IMG/VR virus record: IMGVR_UViG_3300030107_003389
Span: 1 to 51,808 of that record
DNA length: 51,808 bases
Strand: one strand, 5' to 3'
From: a virus
Lineage: Duplodnaviria > Caudoviricetes
A model generated the notes under the pieces. It did no database searches. It was not told the origin of the DNA and saw only the letters and a list, made by a program, of their open reading frames with translations. This document shows, one piece after another, positions 25,773-35,792 of the stretch. The translations under genes were made by a program, and so were the position numbers. The number at the start of each line of letters is the position of its first letter. The stretch's first letter is position 1.

Positions 25773-28700
25773 TTTTCTATAGTGCTCATTTTTTGTTTGA
25801 GCAATATGTCTAAATAATTCTTGAGAGTTTATGCGATAAACACCTGTAATATCTTTAAGTTCTGCTTTCATTTCATCATTTAATCTGCTTACAAAATCTG
25901 CATGGTCTGATATTCTTCTACCTTGTGTTGATTGCATTGATAGTTGTATAGGTTTTTGGTCTTTTATGTATGCTAATGCCATTTTATATCCGTATTCAAA
26001 CGATACTTTTTGACTTGTTCTTCCTGGATTAGCCATTTCGTGTTGATGTGCTAAGAAATATACGGTAGTCCAAAAACTTTGAGCCTTTTCTTCTATAGGT
26101 TTTTGAGAATAAAGAGTTGCTTGTAGTTGTTTATACATTAAACTTTTCGTCACATCGTCGTTAAATTGTCCAACACTTTCAATTTTTCTTATGTCTTTTC
26201 TATATTCTGATTGCAACATCCTCATATTTTTGAAATGTCTTAAATCTTTTTTAAGCCAATTAGCCTCTATACCTTTAATAATGTCATTAGACAAAGGAAT
26301 TGCTTCAAAAATTGCTTTTGCTCCTGCTTTTAACAATGCTACATCTTGACCATTAGCATCCTTATCTAATAACATTGCTCCTCCTTTAAACATTTGAGTA
26401 AATGCACCTATCATCCTTATAGGCAGTTGAATAATTGCAGGAGTAAATGATTGAAAAAAACCACCTGATGCTTGGTCTTGGTCCATTATACCTGAGCCCA
26501 ATGCATACATTTCACCTTTTACTGCGTAATCGTTCATCCTTTCAAGAGGAATAACGATGTTATTTCTATATTCATCCCAACTTATTTCTCCTTTTGAAAC
26601 ATCTATTGTAGATTTTGCAAAATCTTTTAATTTCATTTCAGGTTTAAATGCCTTAGGATTAGAGTTAAATGCATCAAAATATACATTTTGTAATACATAT
26701 CCTGCTCCCATACTTCCTGCTATATATCTTAACATAGGAGCAACTTCTCCATTATCTATCATAGGTCTAAACGCATTTTTATAAACATTTTCTTGAACAC
26801 GATAAGCAATACGATAAAACAATGTAAAAGGTTTCATCGCTTTAGTGCTCATAAAACGAGGCATAAACACAGGGTCTGCTAAACCTTGCGTGCTCGCATG
26901 TGCTGTAAAATATATTTTATCTAACGCTTTTTGACTAAATGCTCCTGTTTCAACTGCGTCTGCAATTTGTTTATCAGACAATTCTAACGCCTCTCCGAGC
27001 ACCCTTCTGGCTGTAGACTTGTCCATACCAGAAAACATTTTTATTGGCTGGTTTCTGAGCACCCTAAGAGCATCAGTCGCTACAACATCTCCTGTAGTAG
27101 TTGCTACTACCCTATTTAATTCTTCTGCTTTTTGCATCCAAGTAGTAAGCAATTTTCTAAATCCTGTTTTTGGAACTAATGTAGTTTCTAATATAGCATC
27201 AGAAGCACCTATAGCACCACTTGCTCTTGCTTTTTGCCATGCTTGATTTCTAAATGATTTACTCATAATCATATTATACCATGTCGAAATAACAGGTTTC
27301 ATGCCATGTGTAGTTAATAATTGAACATTTCCTAAAAGAATATTTTTTAGAGCAGAACGAGGACTACTTAAACCCAAAGAAGCAGTCCAAGATACTAAAT
27401 TTCTTGAAATAGGTCCAGTTAATTCATCATATCCAGGTCCATGAAGAATTAATTCTAAATCTTTTTCCATTTGTTCTTTAATATATTTTTGAGCACCTGG
27501 ACTATTTACTTGTCTTTGTATACTTCTAAACCTTTTTGTAAAATTTGACGAAAAGTCTTTCGAGCCTGGTTTAAATACACCTTCGTGACCAAAATATTTA
27601 GTAGTTGCAGTAATATTTGATGCACGACTTGCATATCTGTCCATACTTTTAGCATAATTAGGCTCATATATATCTATTATTTTAGCAATTCTAGTTCCAT
27701 CAATGCTATCTCCTACTTGTTGAGTCATGTTTTTTACACCTTGAATTATTTTTCCATTACTATCAAGAAACAATTTTGGAGGAATAGCATCACTTAAACG
27801 GCTATATTGTGCTCCAAACATACCATGTTTTTGACTTCCAGTAAGAACAGTTTCAAAAACTCCTTCTGCAAGTTCATATCTTTTTTCATATGGTAATTGA
27901 GCATATTCTCCATTTCTGATAAATCTTGCATCATGAGCTAGTATATGATTAATCATAGTTTCATGAGCATCTTTATCTTTCATAAAAAATTCTGCAGCTT
28001 CATCAGTAGTTGTTAAACTTACAAAATTAGGAGTTTTTGTTAAGTCTCTATATCTATAACCTTTTCCATCCCAATATTTTTCTTTTACTCCAGCTTTTTT
28101 CATCATTGCAAACATATCATCGGTATATTGTTTATGAAGAGCTACCATTTTAAGCATAGCATCATGCTCTTGAGCAGTTAAATTTGGCTGTAATTGCTTC
28201 ATAAACCTTCCTCTTGCACTTTTAGTTTTTCCTTCAATAAAATATGTAAGATTCTCGTCTAATAATTTTGTAGAAGCCTTAGAAAGACCAGAAGTAATTT
28301 TTTTCATCTGTTCTCTCATTACTGAATATCCACCTTTTAATTTTTCTCTAAAAGCAACCATATCTCCTAAGTCTTTTCCAAGAACTACTAATTCATCACT
28401 TCCTAAATCTCTACCTAAATTCATAAATTTAGTGTTAATTGGAAGAACTGAATTAATCCATTTTCTTATACCTCCTAAAAGAGACTTTTCTTGTCCAAAT
28501 AAAGTAGATAATGTAGATTCATTTACTCTAACAGCATATGTTTTGTCTGATTTTAACAATGAATAATATTTGGCAAGTTCATCACTATTCATTTTTTTCA
28601 TAGAATCTTTACCAAATAAAGCTTGTTTTAAAGCTGCATGGTGCTCAACACCTTTTTTAGTTGCTATAGGAGATTTTAACCCCATTGTTCTTTCTAATTG

Positions 28701-30863
28701 TTCTGCTTTTCTTACTAATTGTATGTGCTCAGCAGTTTGAATAGTAAAAGGAACTTTATCTCTTGGATTTTTAATTGAGCCTAAAATTTCATCAGCTCTT
28801 ATCATTTTAAACTTTTTAGAAATAGATGGGTCTTGTAAAGATTTTTGTTTACTGCCTTCTTGAAATTTATAACTCCAAGGTATTTCTTTATTATTGTTAC
28901 CTGTCATTGAACCAGCTCTTGTCCAACCTTTTTTCCCAGATGCACCAGTTATCCAATCTACTTTTTGATATGTAATTTGTTTAATATCATACGATGCTCC
29001 TTTTTTAGGTCTTATTATATTCATAAGTCCTTTATTTGTAAAAACTGTTTCTTGTCCAAATAATTTAGCTATATCTATAACACCTTTTTCGTCAAGCTTA
29101 CCAAGAGTTGAAGCATCAGCTCCTTTTAAACCTTTCATTTTAACAATAAAAGAAGTTCCATGTGTTCCATCAATCATTAATCCTTTAGTGCTCATAATGT
29201 GTTCTCTTGAAACACCTCTATCAAGCAGTTCTCTTACTAATGCTTCTGCCTGAGTTTCTCCAGGTAAAACTTTTGCAGTAGTGTTATATAAAGGACTATC
29301 AGCTGATATAATAGCATATTTTTCTTCGTTTAAAAACTTTAACAAATCTTTTTCATTTTTTAAACTACCTCTAGCTCCACTAATAACATGTCTTTGTAAA
29401 TCACCATTTTCATCTTTTACAACATTGTGTATAATTTCTTGAACTTTATTATCGTCTAATCTTTTATACTGAGGACCAACTCTATCTCCTTTTTTATTTC
29501 TTCTACCTAAAGTAAATACATCAAAGTCTTGAACAACATCTTTATCTTTAATTTTTGTAGACATACCTTGATATGTGTCATATTGAACTTTTAATTTTCC
29601 ATCTTCTGCATCAATAAATACTTTTTTAACTTGAGCTCTATTTTTAGTTTGTCCTCTTTTACCAGTTGGCTGACTTACAAATTCTAAACCTGCAAACATT
29701 TCGTTCATTACTTTAAGTCCTTGTTTCCCACCTAAAGCCATAGATATAGATGCTAATTCTCCTAATTGTCTTTCATCTGTAATTCCTAATCTTTCAAATG
29801 CTCTTATTGTATCTTGTTTAGCAACATTTAAGGAAGCACCACCAAACAATCTACCCATAACAGTTGTAACTCCACCCATCATTAATCTAGAAGTAAGTTG
29901 TTCTTGAGCACTCATTTCATCTTGTCCAGGCATATACATCATCATACCTGAAGCCATATAAGCTTTAGCTTCAGCCCAAGCTCTTGTATCTCTTTGTGCT
30001 AATTTAGTAAAAGTAACTCCAGTTCCTATTTGAGTTCCTTTTGTTATATCATCAGCAATAAAACTACTTTTTCTAATTAAATGTGGATTTTTAACATATC
30101 TCATTGCTGGAGCATATGCAAAAATAGCACCAGCAGCAGCATCTTGTCCAAATGCTAAAGCTCTTTCTTTTAATGTAGCTTCATCCTCTACCATTAATTG
30201 CCCCGTAGAGCCCCAAATTAGGCTCTCCCTGGTCATTTCTCTACCTAAGGCATACCTTCTTGCAGCTCCAACATCTTTTGCGGCTAATCGCATGAATTTA
30301 TCAATATGAGCTTTACCTGGTCCATTTATACCAATTTTACTAACAAGTCCTGAACTTTTAACTCCAATTCCTGATTCAGCAACTGCATCTGCCATTGCTA
30401 ATCGTTTTGCTTTATTAGTTTCATAAACTACTTTACCAGTAGCATCCATACCTTTTTTAGCAAGATTGTATGCTTTTGCACCTTTTTGAAGTCTATTGGA
30501 ATTAGAAGCAAGCATTGCTAAACCACCTAAACCTCCTGTAGCATAAGTTGCTATACCTGTCCAAGCAAGAAATCCAAGACCTGTTCCTAAAGCTTTACCC
30601 ATTTTAGCATTAAAAGCTAAATCATCTGCTTCTAAATTAGGGTCATTATATAATTGTCCAAATGACATTTCTTCTGCCCAAGAACCAAGAAAAGCTTCAC
30701 CAAAAGTATAACTTTCAGGTGGCTTATATTGTTCTATTGGAGTTAATTTTGGACCTTTATTATCTACGGCGTATTCGCTTAAAGGTGTAAGACTGTACTC
30801 GTTTAAAGGAGTAAGTTTAGTTGTGTTTGCTTTTTCGTAATCTTTTAAAGGTGTAAGCTTCAT
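25764..30863 (-). CDS. Large internal virion/ejection protein (1699 aa)
   Basis: Last gene of late arm; N-terminal (K/S)LTP(L/I)xxY repeats; Gly/Ala-rich hydrophobic segments; DUF3293-like segment (YAIISAD...SFIV...AKLFGQETV). Confidence 0.7.
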   Translation of the reverse strand: MKLTPLKDYEKANTTKLTPLNEYSLTPLSEYAVDNKGPKLTPIEQYKPPESYTFGEAFLGSWAEEMSFGQLYNDPNLEADDLAFNAKMGKALGTGLGFLAWTGIATYATGGLGGLAMLASNSNRLQKGAKAYNLAKKGMDATGKVVYETNKAKRLAMADAVAESGIGVKSSGLVSKIGINGPGKAHIDKFMRLAAKDVGAARRYALGREMTRESLIWGSTGQLMVEDEATLKERALAFGQDAAAGAIFAYAPAMRYVKNPHLIRKSSFIADDITKGTQIGTGVTFTKLAQRDTRAWAEAKAYMASGMMMYMPGQDEMSAQEQLTSRLMMGGVTTVMGRLFGGASLNVAKQDTIRAFERLGITDERQLGELASISMALGGKQGLKVMNEMFAGLEFVSQPTGKRGQTKNRAQVKKVFIDAEDGKLKVQYDTYQGMSTKIKDKDVVQDFDVFTLGRRNKKGDRVGPQYKRLDDNKVQEIIHNVVKDENGDLQRHVISGARGSLKNEKDLLKFLNEEKYAIISADSPLYNTTAKVLPGETQAEALVRELLDRGVSREHIMSTKGLMIDGTHGTSFIVKMKGLKGADASTLGKLDEKGVIDIAKLFGQETVFTNKGLMNIIRPKKGASYDIKQITYQKVDWITGASGKKGWTRAGSMTGNNNKEIPWSYKFQEGSKQKSLQDPSISKKFKMIRADEILGSIKNPRDKVPFTIQTAEHIQLVRKAEQLERTMGLKSPIATKKGVEHHAALKQALFGKDSMKKMNSDELAKYYSLLKSDKTYAVRVNESTLSTLFGQEKSLLGGIRKWINSVLPINTKFMNLGRDLGSDELVVLGKDLGDMVAFREKLKGGYSVMREQMKKITSGLSKASTKLLDENLTYFIEGKTKSARGRFMKQLQPNLTAQEHDAMLKMVALHKQYTDDMFAMMKKAGVKEKYWDGKGYRYRDLTKTPNFVSLTTTDEAAEFFMKDKDAHETMINHILAHDARFIRNGEYAQLPYEKRYELAEGVFETVLTGSQKHGMFGAQYSRLSDAIPPKLFLDSNGKIIQGVKNMTQQVGDSIDGTRIAKIIDIYEPNYAKSMDRYASRASNITATTKYFGHEGVFKPGSKDFSSNFTKRFRSIQRQVNSPGAQKYIKEQMEKDLELILHGPGYDELTGPISRNLVSWTASLGLSSPRSALKNILLGNVQLLTTHGMKPVISTWYNMIMSKSFRNQAWQKARASGAIGASDAILETTLVPKTGFRKLLTTWMQKAEELNRVVATTTGDVVATDALRVLRNQPIKMFSGMDKSTARRVLGEALELSDKQIADAVETGAFSQKALDKIYFTAHASTQGLADPVFMPRFMSTKAMKPFTLFYRIAYRVQENVYKNAFRPMIDNGEVAPMLRYIAGSMGAGYVLQNVYFDAFNSNPKAFKPEMKLKDFAKSTIDVSKGEISWDEYRNNIVIPLERMNDYAVKGEMYALGSGIMDQDQASGGFFQSFTPAIIQLPIRMIGAFTQMFKGGAMLLDKDANGQDVALLKAGAKAIFEAIPLSNDIIKGIEANWLKKDLRHFKNMRMLQSEYRKDIRKIESVGQFNDDVTKSLMYKQLQATLYSQKPIEEKAQSFWTTVYFLAHQHEMANPGRTSQKVSFEYGYKMALAYIKDQKPIQLSMQSTQGRRISDHADFVSRLNDEMKAELKDITGVYRINSQELFRHIAQTKNEHYRKLK

Positions 30864-30874
30864 ACATACTTATA

Positions 30875-31810
30875 TTAATGCAAAACCATTTGTTTACCAA
30901 AAGAATCTTCAACTATCATATGACCATCAGATGTTTTTTTACCTGTATCAGTATATCCTTCAGGTATATTAGCTTGTGCTGGATTAACATAATCTTTCAT
31001 ATCATAACCACCTCTTTCTAATAATTGTTTTGTAGCCCAATCTGCTAAGTAAGGATTTCCGTCAGTTCCTAATTCTGTTGTTGCTTTAGAAACTTCTAAA
31101 ACCTTAGTAAAAGCTATTATATCATTTGATGTTAAGTCTTTTTTTATTGAATTGTCTAACCATTGTTTTTTAACAGCATCAGATACATTTGGGTCTGATA
31201 TAATTTTAACTAAATTTCCTACATTAACATCATCTTTTACTAATCCTGACATAGAATTATTTAAAGATTTTTCTGTTTTTTGTTGAACATATCCTTTTTG
31301 TAAATTGTTATAACTTTCATTGTTTTTTAAATCATAATTATTAAGATTAGCTGTTTTTCTAATTTCATTTAATCTTACTTCTTTTTCTTCTAAAGTCATG
31401 TTAGGATTTTGAAAATCTTGACTAGATTGTGTAATTGAATTAAGCCAACCTTCTTTATTAGAATGAGTTGTATTTTTTCCAGTTAGAATAGCTTGAGCAT
31501 CTGCTTTACCTTGTTCAGTATAATATGTAAAATGAGGAAAAGCAGCTTGAGCTTCTTGTGCTGTCATGCCTGCTAAAATAGAATTTGTTTGACTGTCTTT
31601 ACCATAATCAATTTGATTTGTTTGCAAAGTATAATTTTTTTCCCATTTTTCATTATCGTCTGCTCTAATTTCTGCTCTTTCTTGTCGGTCTTTATTTTCT
31701 TTTTGGATTTCTGCAAATGTTCCTGGTGCAGCATCCATTAATGTATTTAGGTCAGCTTTTCCACCTTCCATCATTTTACCCATTTGTATTACTCTCTCTA
31801 TTGCTCCCAT
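30875..31810 (-). CDS. Putative ejection/internal virion protein
   Basis: Position; helical Q/N/K-rich composition. Confidence 0.55.
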   Translation of the reverse strand: MGAIERVIQMGKMMEGGKADLNTLMDAAPGTFAEIQKENKDRQERAEIRADDNEKWEKNYTLQTNQIDYGKDSQTNSILAGMTAQEAQAAFPHFTYYTEQGKADAQAILTGKNTTHSNKEGWLNSITQSSQDFQNPNMTLEEKEVRLNEIRKTANLNNYDLKNNESYNNLQKGYVQQKTEKSLNNSMSGLVKDDVNVGNLVKIISDPNVSDAVKKQWLDNSIKKDLTSNDIIAFTKVLEVSKATTELGTDGNPYLADWATKQLLERGGYDMKDYVNPAQANIPEGYTDTGKKTSDGHMIVEDSFGKQMVLH

Positions 31811-32607
31811 TATTCTTCATCCTCGTTTTTAAAATAATCTGACAACTCAGCTAATGATAGCATATCTCTTCTTTGTTGTCCTACTAAGCTTTGATAATAT
31901 TTTCTTGCAGAAGATACTCTACCAACAATATCTTGGTTAATATCCCACAATCCTTTTTGAAATGCTTGGTTTAAAGAGTCTCCTTTTCTAGCAGCTTCTT
32001 CACTAATATCACTTACTATAGTTCTACCACTAACAAATCCTCTTCTTCCTTCTAATCCTCTTGCTTCTCTATGTCCAGTAAACAATGCAGACCTTAAATC
32101 TTCTCTTCCTCTTTGTCTTGAATCTGATAAAAATCCAGTTTTTTCTTTTCTTAATGCTGTATATAAACCAAAATTAGGGTCTGTTGCTTCATAAAGTTCT
32201 CCAGGAATAGGAGTAATAAATTGTTGATATTGAGACAATGTATCATCATCTATATCAGGAAAATAACCTCTTAATATGTCCATTTGATTCATACCTGCTT
32301 GTGAAGCACCAGGATTAAAATTATTTGTATTTGGTTGAGTTTGAGTTGTTGTAAAAGGGTCTGATACATTTTGAGCACCATAATTATAATCATATGCATT
32401 TGGTTGGTCATATCCAAATGGGTCATAACCAAAACCATCGTCTCCTTGAAACATAGGAGTCATATTTTGTTGTTTTTGTTGTGCAGATTGAACTGGATTA
32501 CCAGAACCTATACCTGCACTTGCTGTTTTTGTTATATCATTGGGATTATACAATGATTGTGTATTTTTCTTGTTCATATTGAGCATATTATCTAATTCAA
32601 ATGCCAT
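31810..32607 (-). CDS. Putative ejection/internal virion protein
   Basis: Position; Q/N-rich low complexity then coiled coil. Confidence 0.55.
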   Translation of the reverse strand: MAFELDNMLNMNKKNTQSLYNPNDITKTASAGIGSGNPVQSAQQKQQNMTPMFQGDDGFGYDPFGYDQPNAYDYNYGAQNVSDPFTTTQTQPNTNNFNPGASQAGMNQMDILRGYFPDIDDDTLSQYQQFITPIPGELYEATDPNFGLYTALRKEKTGFLSDSRQRGREDLRSALFTGHREARGLEGRRGFVSGRTIVSDISEEAARKGDSLNQAFQKGLWDINQDIVGRVSSARKYYQSLVGQQRRDMLSLAELSDYFKNEDEE

Positions 32608-32609
32608 AG

Positions 32610-34535
32610 TTAAAAACTCCTTTGAAATATATTTAATGGGTCAGTACCAGTTCTATATTGTAAATTAACAAGTCCTTGATTTTTATTTTTCCACAAATTT
32701 GCTAATTGATGTAATTTTTTATAAGTTACGCTAGCAGTACCGTCCTTGTTAAATTTCCATTTTCCATCTTCGCTGTACCAATCAGGAGAAATCTGCATTA
32801 AACCTGCATCTCCACCTGGATTTATAAAGTTTGAACCATATTTACCTGATTCAAACCTTTGAATATAAGGTTGCATAACATCATAAGGAACATCGTTTAC
32901 AGTTTTAATTTTTCCTTTAAAACCAGGATTATCTTTTCTAAAAGCAGAAAATGCTTTTTCTAAAGTGCTGTCTGCATATGCTATTTCATATCCTAAATCT
33001 TCAACTAATAGTCTACCAGCTTCTTTACTAAATTCTGGGTCAAGCCAAACTGGGTCTACATTATAATTTTCTTTTCTTTTATTCCACAAATCTGGTCCTG
33101 ATAAACCTTGTTCTCCTTGTTTTCTATACATTTCAGCAACATCTATAATTCCTCTTTGTTCAGGACTTCTTGTAGGAGCAGGTTCAAAAGGATTAGGAGA
33201 AGTTCCATAAGAAGATACTTCTGACAAATCTTCTAATACATTACTTGCTTGCGTTGTTGTAGATGGACTTGCTTTACGACTAGAAAGAAGATTTCCTCCA
33301 TGTCTACCTTTGGGTATATGTGTATCTACATTTTTATAATAATCATCTAACATATTTTCAAAATTGTCATATTTTTGCAAAGTATTTTTATCCCAATTTA
33401 CACCTAAAACATCTTCAGAACCACCATAAGGACTTGAAAGAAATTTATCTACATAATTTTCTGGGGTATATTCGCCAGGAAATTGTTTTTTATATGATTC
33501 TGGAACATTTCTAAATCCTTTTACAATATCTGCAAATTTTTGACTTGATATATCTCCATCAAATGCTTTAGATAAAGCTTGAATATCTGCATCTAAAGGT
33601 TTAACTGATTCAACATTTACTTCTGCTAAAATATTTTCTCCAGGTTTAATTGGTTCTGCTGTAGCAGGGTCATGTAATTGTCCGTAACTATTAAACATTT
33701 CATCTCTTGAAAAATCTTGCATTGATTGAATCATTTTTTCATTTTGATAAGAAGTTATATCAAAGTCTTTTGGAGCATTTTTAAATTGTCCAGGGTTTTC
33801 ATAATCAGTAACCCATGTTTCTGGATTATCTGCATCAAAAACTGCCATATCTCCACCTGTTAATTGAGCATTATCTGCATCAGACAATCCTCCAGGTAAT
33901 AATTGTTTAGCACTAAATTTTATATAATCTTTAAAACTAATATCTCCAATTTGATACATTTCATCTAAACTTATATTAGCACCTTCTGGAACATATTGTC
34001 CTGCTTTTGCAAAAGAAGCACCTGTAACCATGTCAAAAATAAAATTAACACCTAATTGTCTATCCATTCCTTCATTAATTTCGTCTATAGCTTCACGAAA
34101 ATCTTGAGCTTTCATTTCAAGCTCTTCTCTTGAATTAGCATAAAAAATACCACCAGGAACAAATTGACTATCTAATCCAGATTTTACATCTCCTTTTTGT
34201 GCAATTTTACCACCAATAGCTCCCCCAGCTGCTGTCATAGCTGCTCTTGCTAATGCTGGATTACCAGTAGCAGCACCTATTGCTGTTCCTATTACTGCAC
34301 CTACAAGTCTACCAATACCACTTCTTCTTTGCTTTTTCTTAGCACTTTTTTCTGCTTCTTTAGCTAATTGTTCTAATCTTAATATCGTAGATTCAAGTTC
34401 GCTTTGTTCTTTTTGAGCTATACGCCCTTTTTCAAAGCTTGCTTCTGAACTAGCTAGTCCATAAGCCATATCTACGCCAGATAAACTTAGCCCAGCTTGT
34501 TGTGATGCTGTAAAATGTTCTGTTCCGTTTGCCAT
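32610..34535 (-). CDS. Ejection (pilot) protein with glycine zipper and C-terminal lytic-transglycosylase-like motifs
   Basis: IGRLVGAVIGTAIGAATG..AAGGAIGG; IQRFES and AGLMQI. Confidence 0.65.
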   Translation of the reverse strand: MANGTEHFTASQQAGLSLSGVDMAYGLASSEASFEKGRIAQKEQSELESTILRLEQLAKEAEKSAKKKQRRSGIGRLVGAVIGTAIGAATGNPALARAAMTAAGGAIGGKIAQKGDVKSGLDSQFVPGGIFYANSREELEMKAQDFREAIDEINEGMDRQLGVNFIFDMVTGASFAKAGQYVPEGANISLDEMYQIGDISFKDYIKFSAKQLLPGGLSDADNAQLTGGDMAVFDADNPETWVTDYENPGQFKNAPKDFDITSYQNEKMIQSMQDFSRDEMFNSYGQLHDPATAEPIKPGENILAEVNVESVKPLDADIQALSKAFDGDISSQKFADIVKGFRNVPESYKKQFPGEYTPENYVDKFLSSPYGGSEDVLGVNWDKNTLQKYDNFENMLDDYYKNVDTHIPKGRHGGNLLSSRKASPSTTTQASNVLEDLSEVSSYGTSPNPFEPAPTRSPEQRGIIDVAEMYRKQGEQGLSGPDLWNKRKENYNVDPVWLDPEFSKEAGRLLVEDLGYEIAYADSTLEKAFSAFRKDNPGFKGKIKTVNDVPYDVMQPYIQRFESGKYGSNFINPGGDAGLMQISPDWYSEDGKWKFNKDGTASVTYKKLHQLANLWKNKNQGLVNLQYRTGTDPLNIFQRSF

Positions 34536-34595
34536 AAATGTATAATCCCTAGTTAATTTATTAAAAATACCTTAATCATTTCTACTATTTTATTA

Positions 34596-35243
34596 CTACA
34601 AATCATTATTATCTACCACTAATTTAGGAGCATAATAAGTATTACCTTCTCCTTTTAAATACCAATCTACTCTAGCTTTTTCTGGTATAGTTAAATCAAC
34701 TGATTCAAAATCTATCCTACTCTTTCTTTCAAATTGTTGTATTTCGTGTACTTTTTTGATATATTTTTGTACTCCGTCATACTGACTTTCTTCTTGTAAA
34801 AAATTATTATACCAAGTAATTATAGTTCCTTCTTTGCAATGTTGCATTATTCTGGTAGGAAAATATCTTTTATTTATCATATCTCCAAAACCATCATAAA
34901 ATACACCATCGTATTTTTTATCAGTAGGTATATCGTCATACCAATCGCCTTTAATTGGTATTACATTAGGTTTATCTTTAGCCCATTCTACTAATGCATC
35001 ATATATGTTGTCATTAATTTCAATAATTGTATGAGATTCTATATTATGCTCTTGTATTAAACCAGCACTAATACCCATACCAAAACCAAATTCTAATATA
35101 TGTCCACCATTAGCACATACTATATCAGCATGTAATTGCATAATAGGAGTTTCCCAGGTAGACATAACATCCCACCCAGTAGCTTCATCTATAATACAAT
35201 CTTCTTGAATTGTATAATTTGCTGCATATGCATAACCCTTCAT
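34596..35243 (-). CDS. Class I SAM methyltransferase, GAMT/Rmt2-like
   Basis: VMSTWETPIM, ILEFGFGMGISA, HTIIE, GDW, YDGVFYD. Confidence 0.85.
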   Translation of the reverse strand: MKGYAYAANYTIQEDCIIDEATGWDVMSTWETPIMQLHADIVCANGGHILEFGFGMGISAGLIQEHNIESHTIIEINDNIYDALVEWAKDKPNVIPIKGDWYDDIPTDKKYDGVFYDGFGDMINKRYFPTRIMQHCKEGTIITWYNNFLQEESQYDGVQKYIKKVHEIQQFERKSRIDFESVDLTIPEKARVDWYLKGEGNTYYAPKLVVDNNDL

Positions 35244-35551
35244 CTACCAGGACCTCCACCAGCAACATGTTCTCCTCCTATTAACTCAGACATCCTAAAA
35301 GGAGCTTGCTCTATATCAGCTACTTGAGAACCAGTTATATCAGCTTGAGTAGATTGAAAATAACTGTTAGTACCACCAATCTTTTCAAAAGTATCTCCAG
35401 GTCCACCTTCTGATGCAAAAGTCATACCTTCTCCACCAGTAGACAATCCTTTTAAACTAATATCTGCTGTTTCTTGAACAACAGTAGCTTCACCTACGGC
35501 TGAACCATTACTAAACAATCCTACATTAGTACTTCCTACTGTAACGCCCAT
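35240..35551 (-). CDS. Small Gly/Ser/Thr-rich fibre-associated protein
   Basis: Follows fibre genes; MSELIG motif. Confidence 0.55.
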   Translation of the reverse strand: MGVTVGSTNVGLFSNGSAVGEATVVQETADISLKGLSTGGEGMTFASEGGPGDTFEKIGGTNSYFQSTQADITGSQVADIEQAPFRMSELIGGEHVAGGGPGR

Positions 35552-35552
35552 A

Positions 35553-35792
35553 CTATCCCTTTATCTTTTTATATTCAACAATGTCTGCTTTAAGTTCAGT
35601 CACTTTTGCTTCTGCTTTTACTAATTCTTCTTCTGCTTCTGAAATTGCTAAATCAACTGATTTAGTTTCAGTCCAATCAACTACTGAAACATCTTTATCT
35701 GCTTCATCTTTCATTGAACGAAGATGTTTGATTTCAACCATTTTAACTGCAGTTTTTGACTCTACTGCTTTTTCTGCTATTTTCTTAGCCAT
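35553..35792 (-). CDS. Small coiled-coil protein (fibre assembly-associated)
   Basis: GGAG RBS; overlaps fibre stop. Confidence 0.65.
   Translation of the reverse strand: MAKKIAEKAVESKTAVKMVEIKHLRSMKDEADKDVSVVDWTETKSVDLAISEAEEELVKAEAKVTELKADIVEYKKIKG

Noticed and set aside
34596-35243. DNA methyltransferase explaining the motif pattern
   Set aside because: No DPPY/NPPY or PC catalytic motif; signature is GAMT/Rmt2-like
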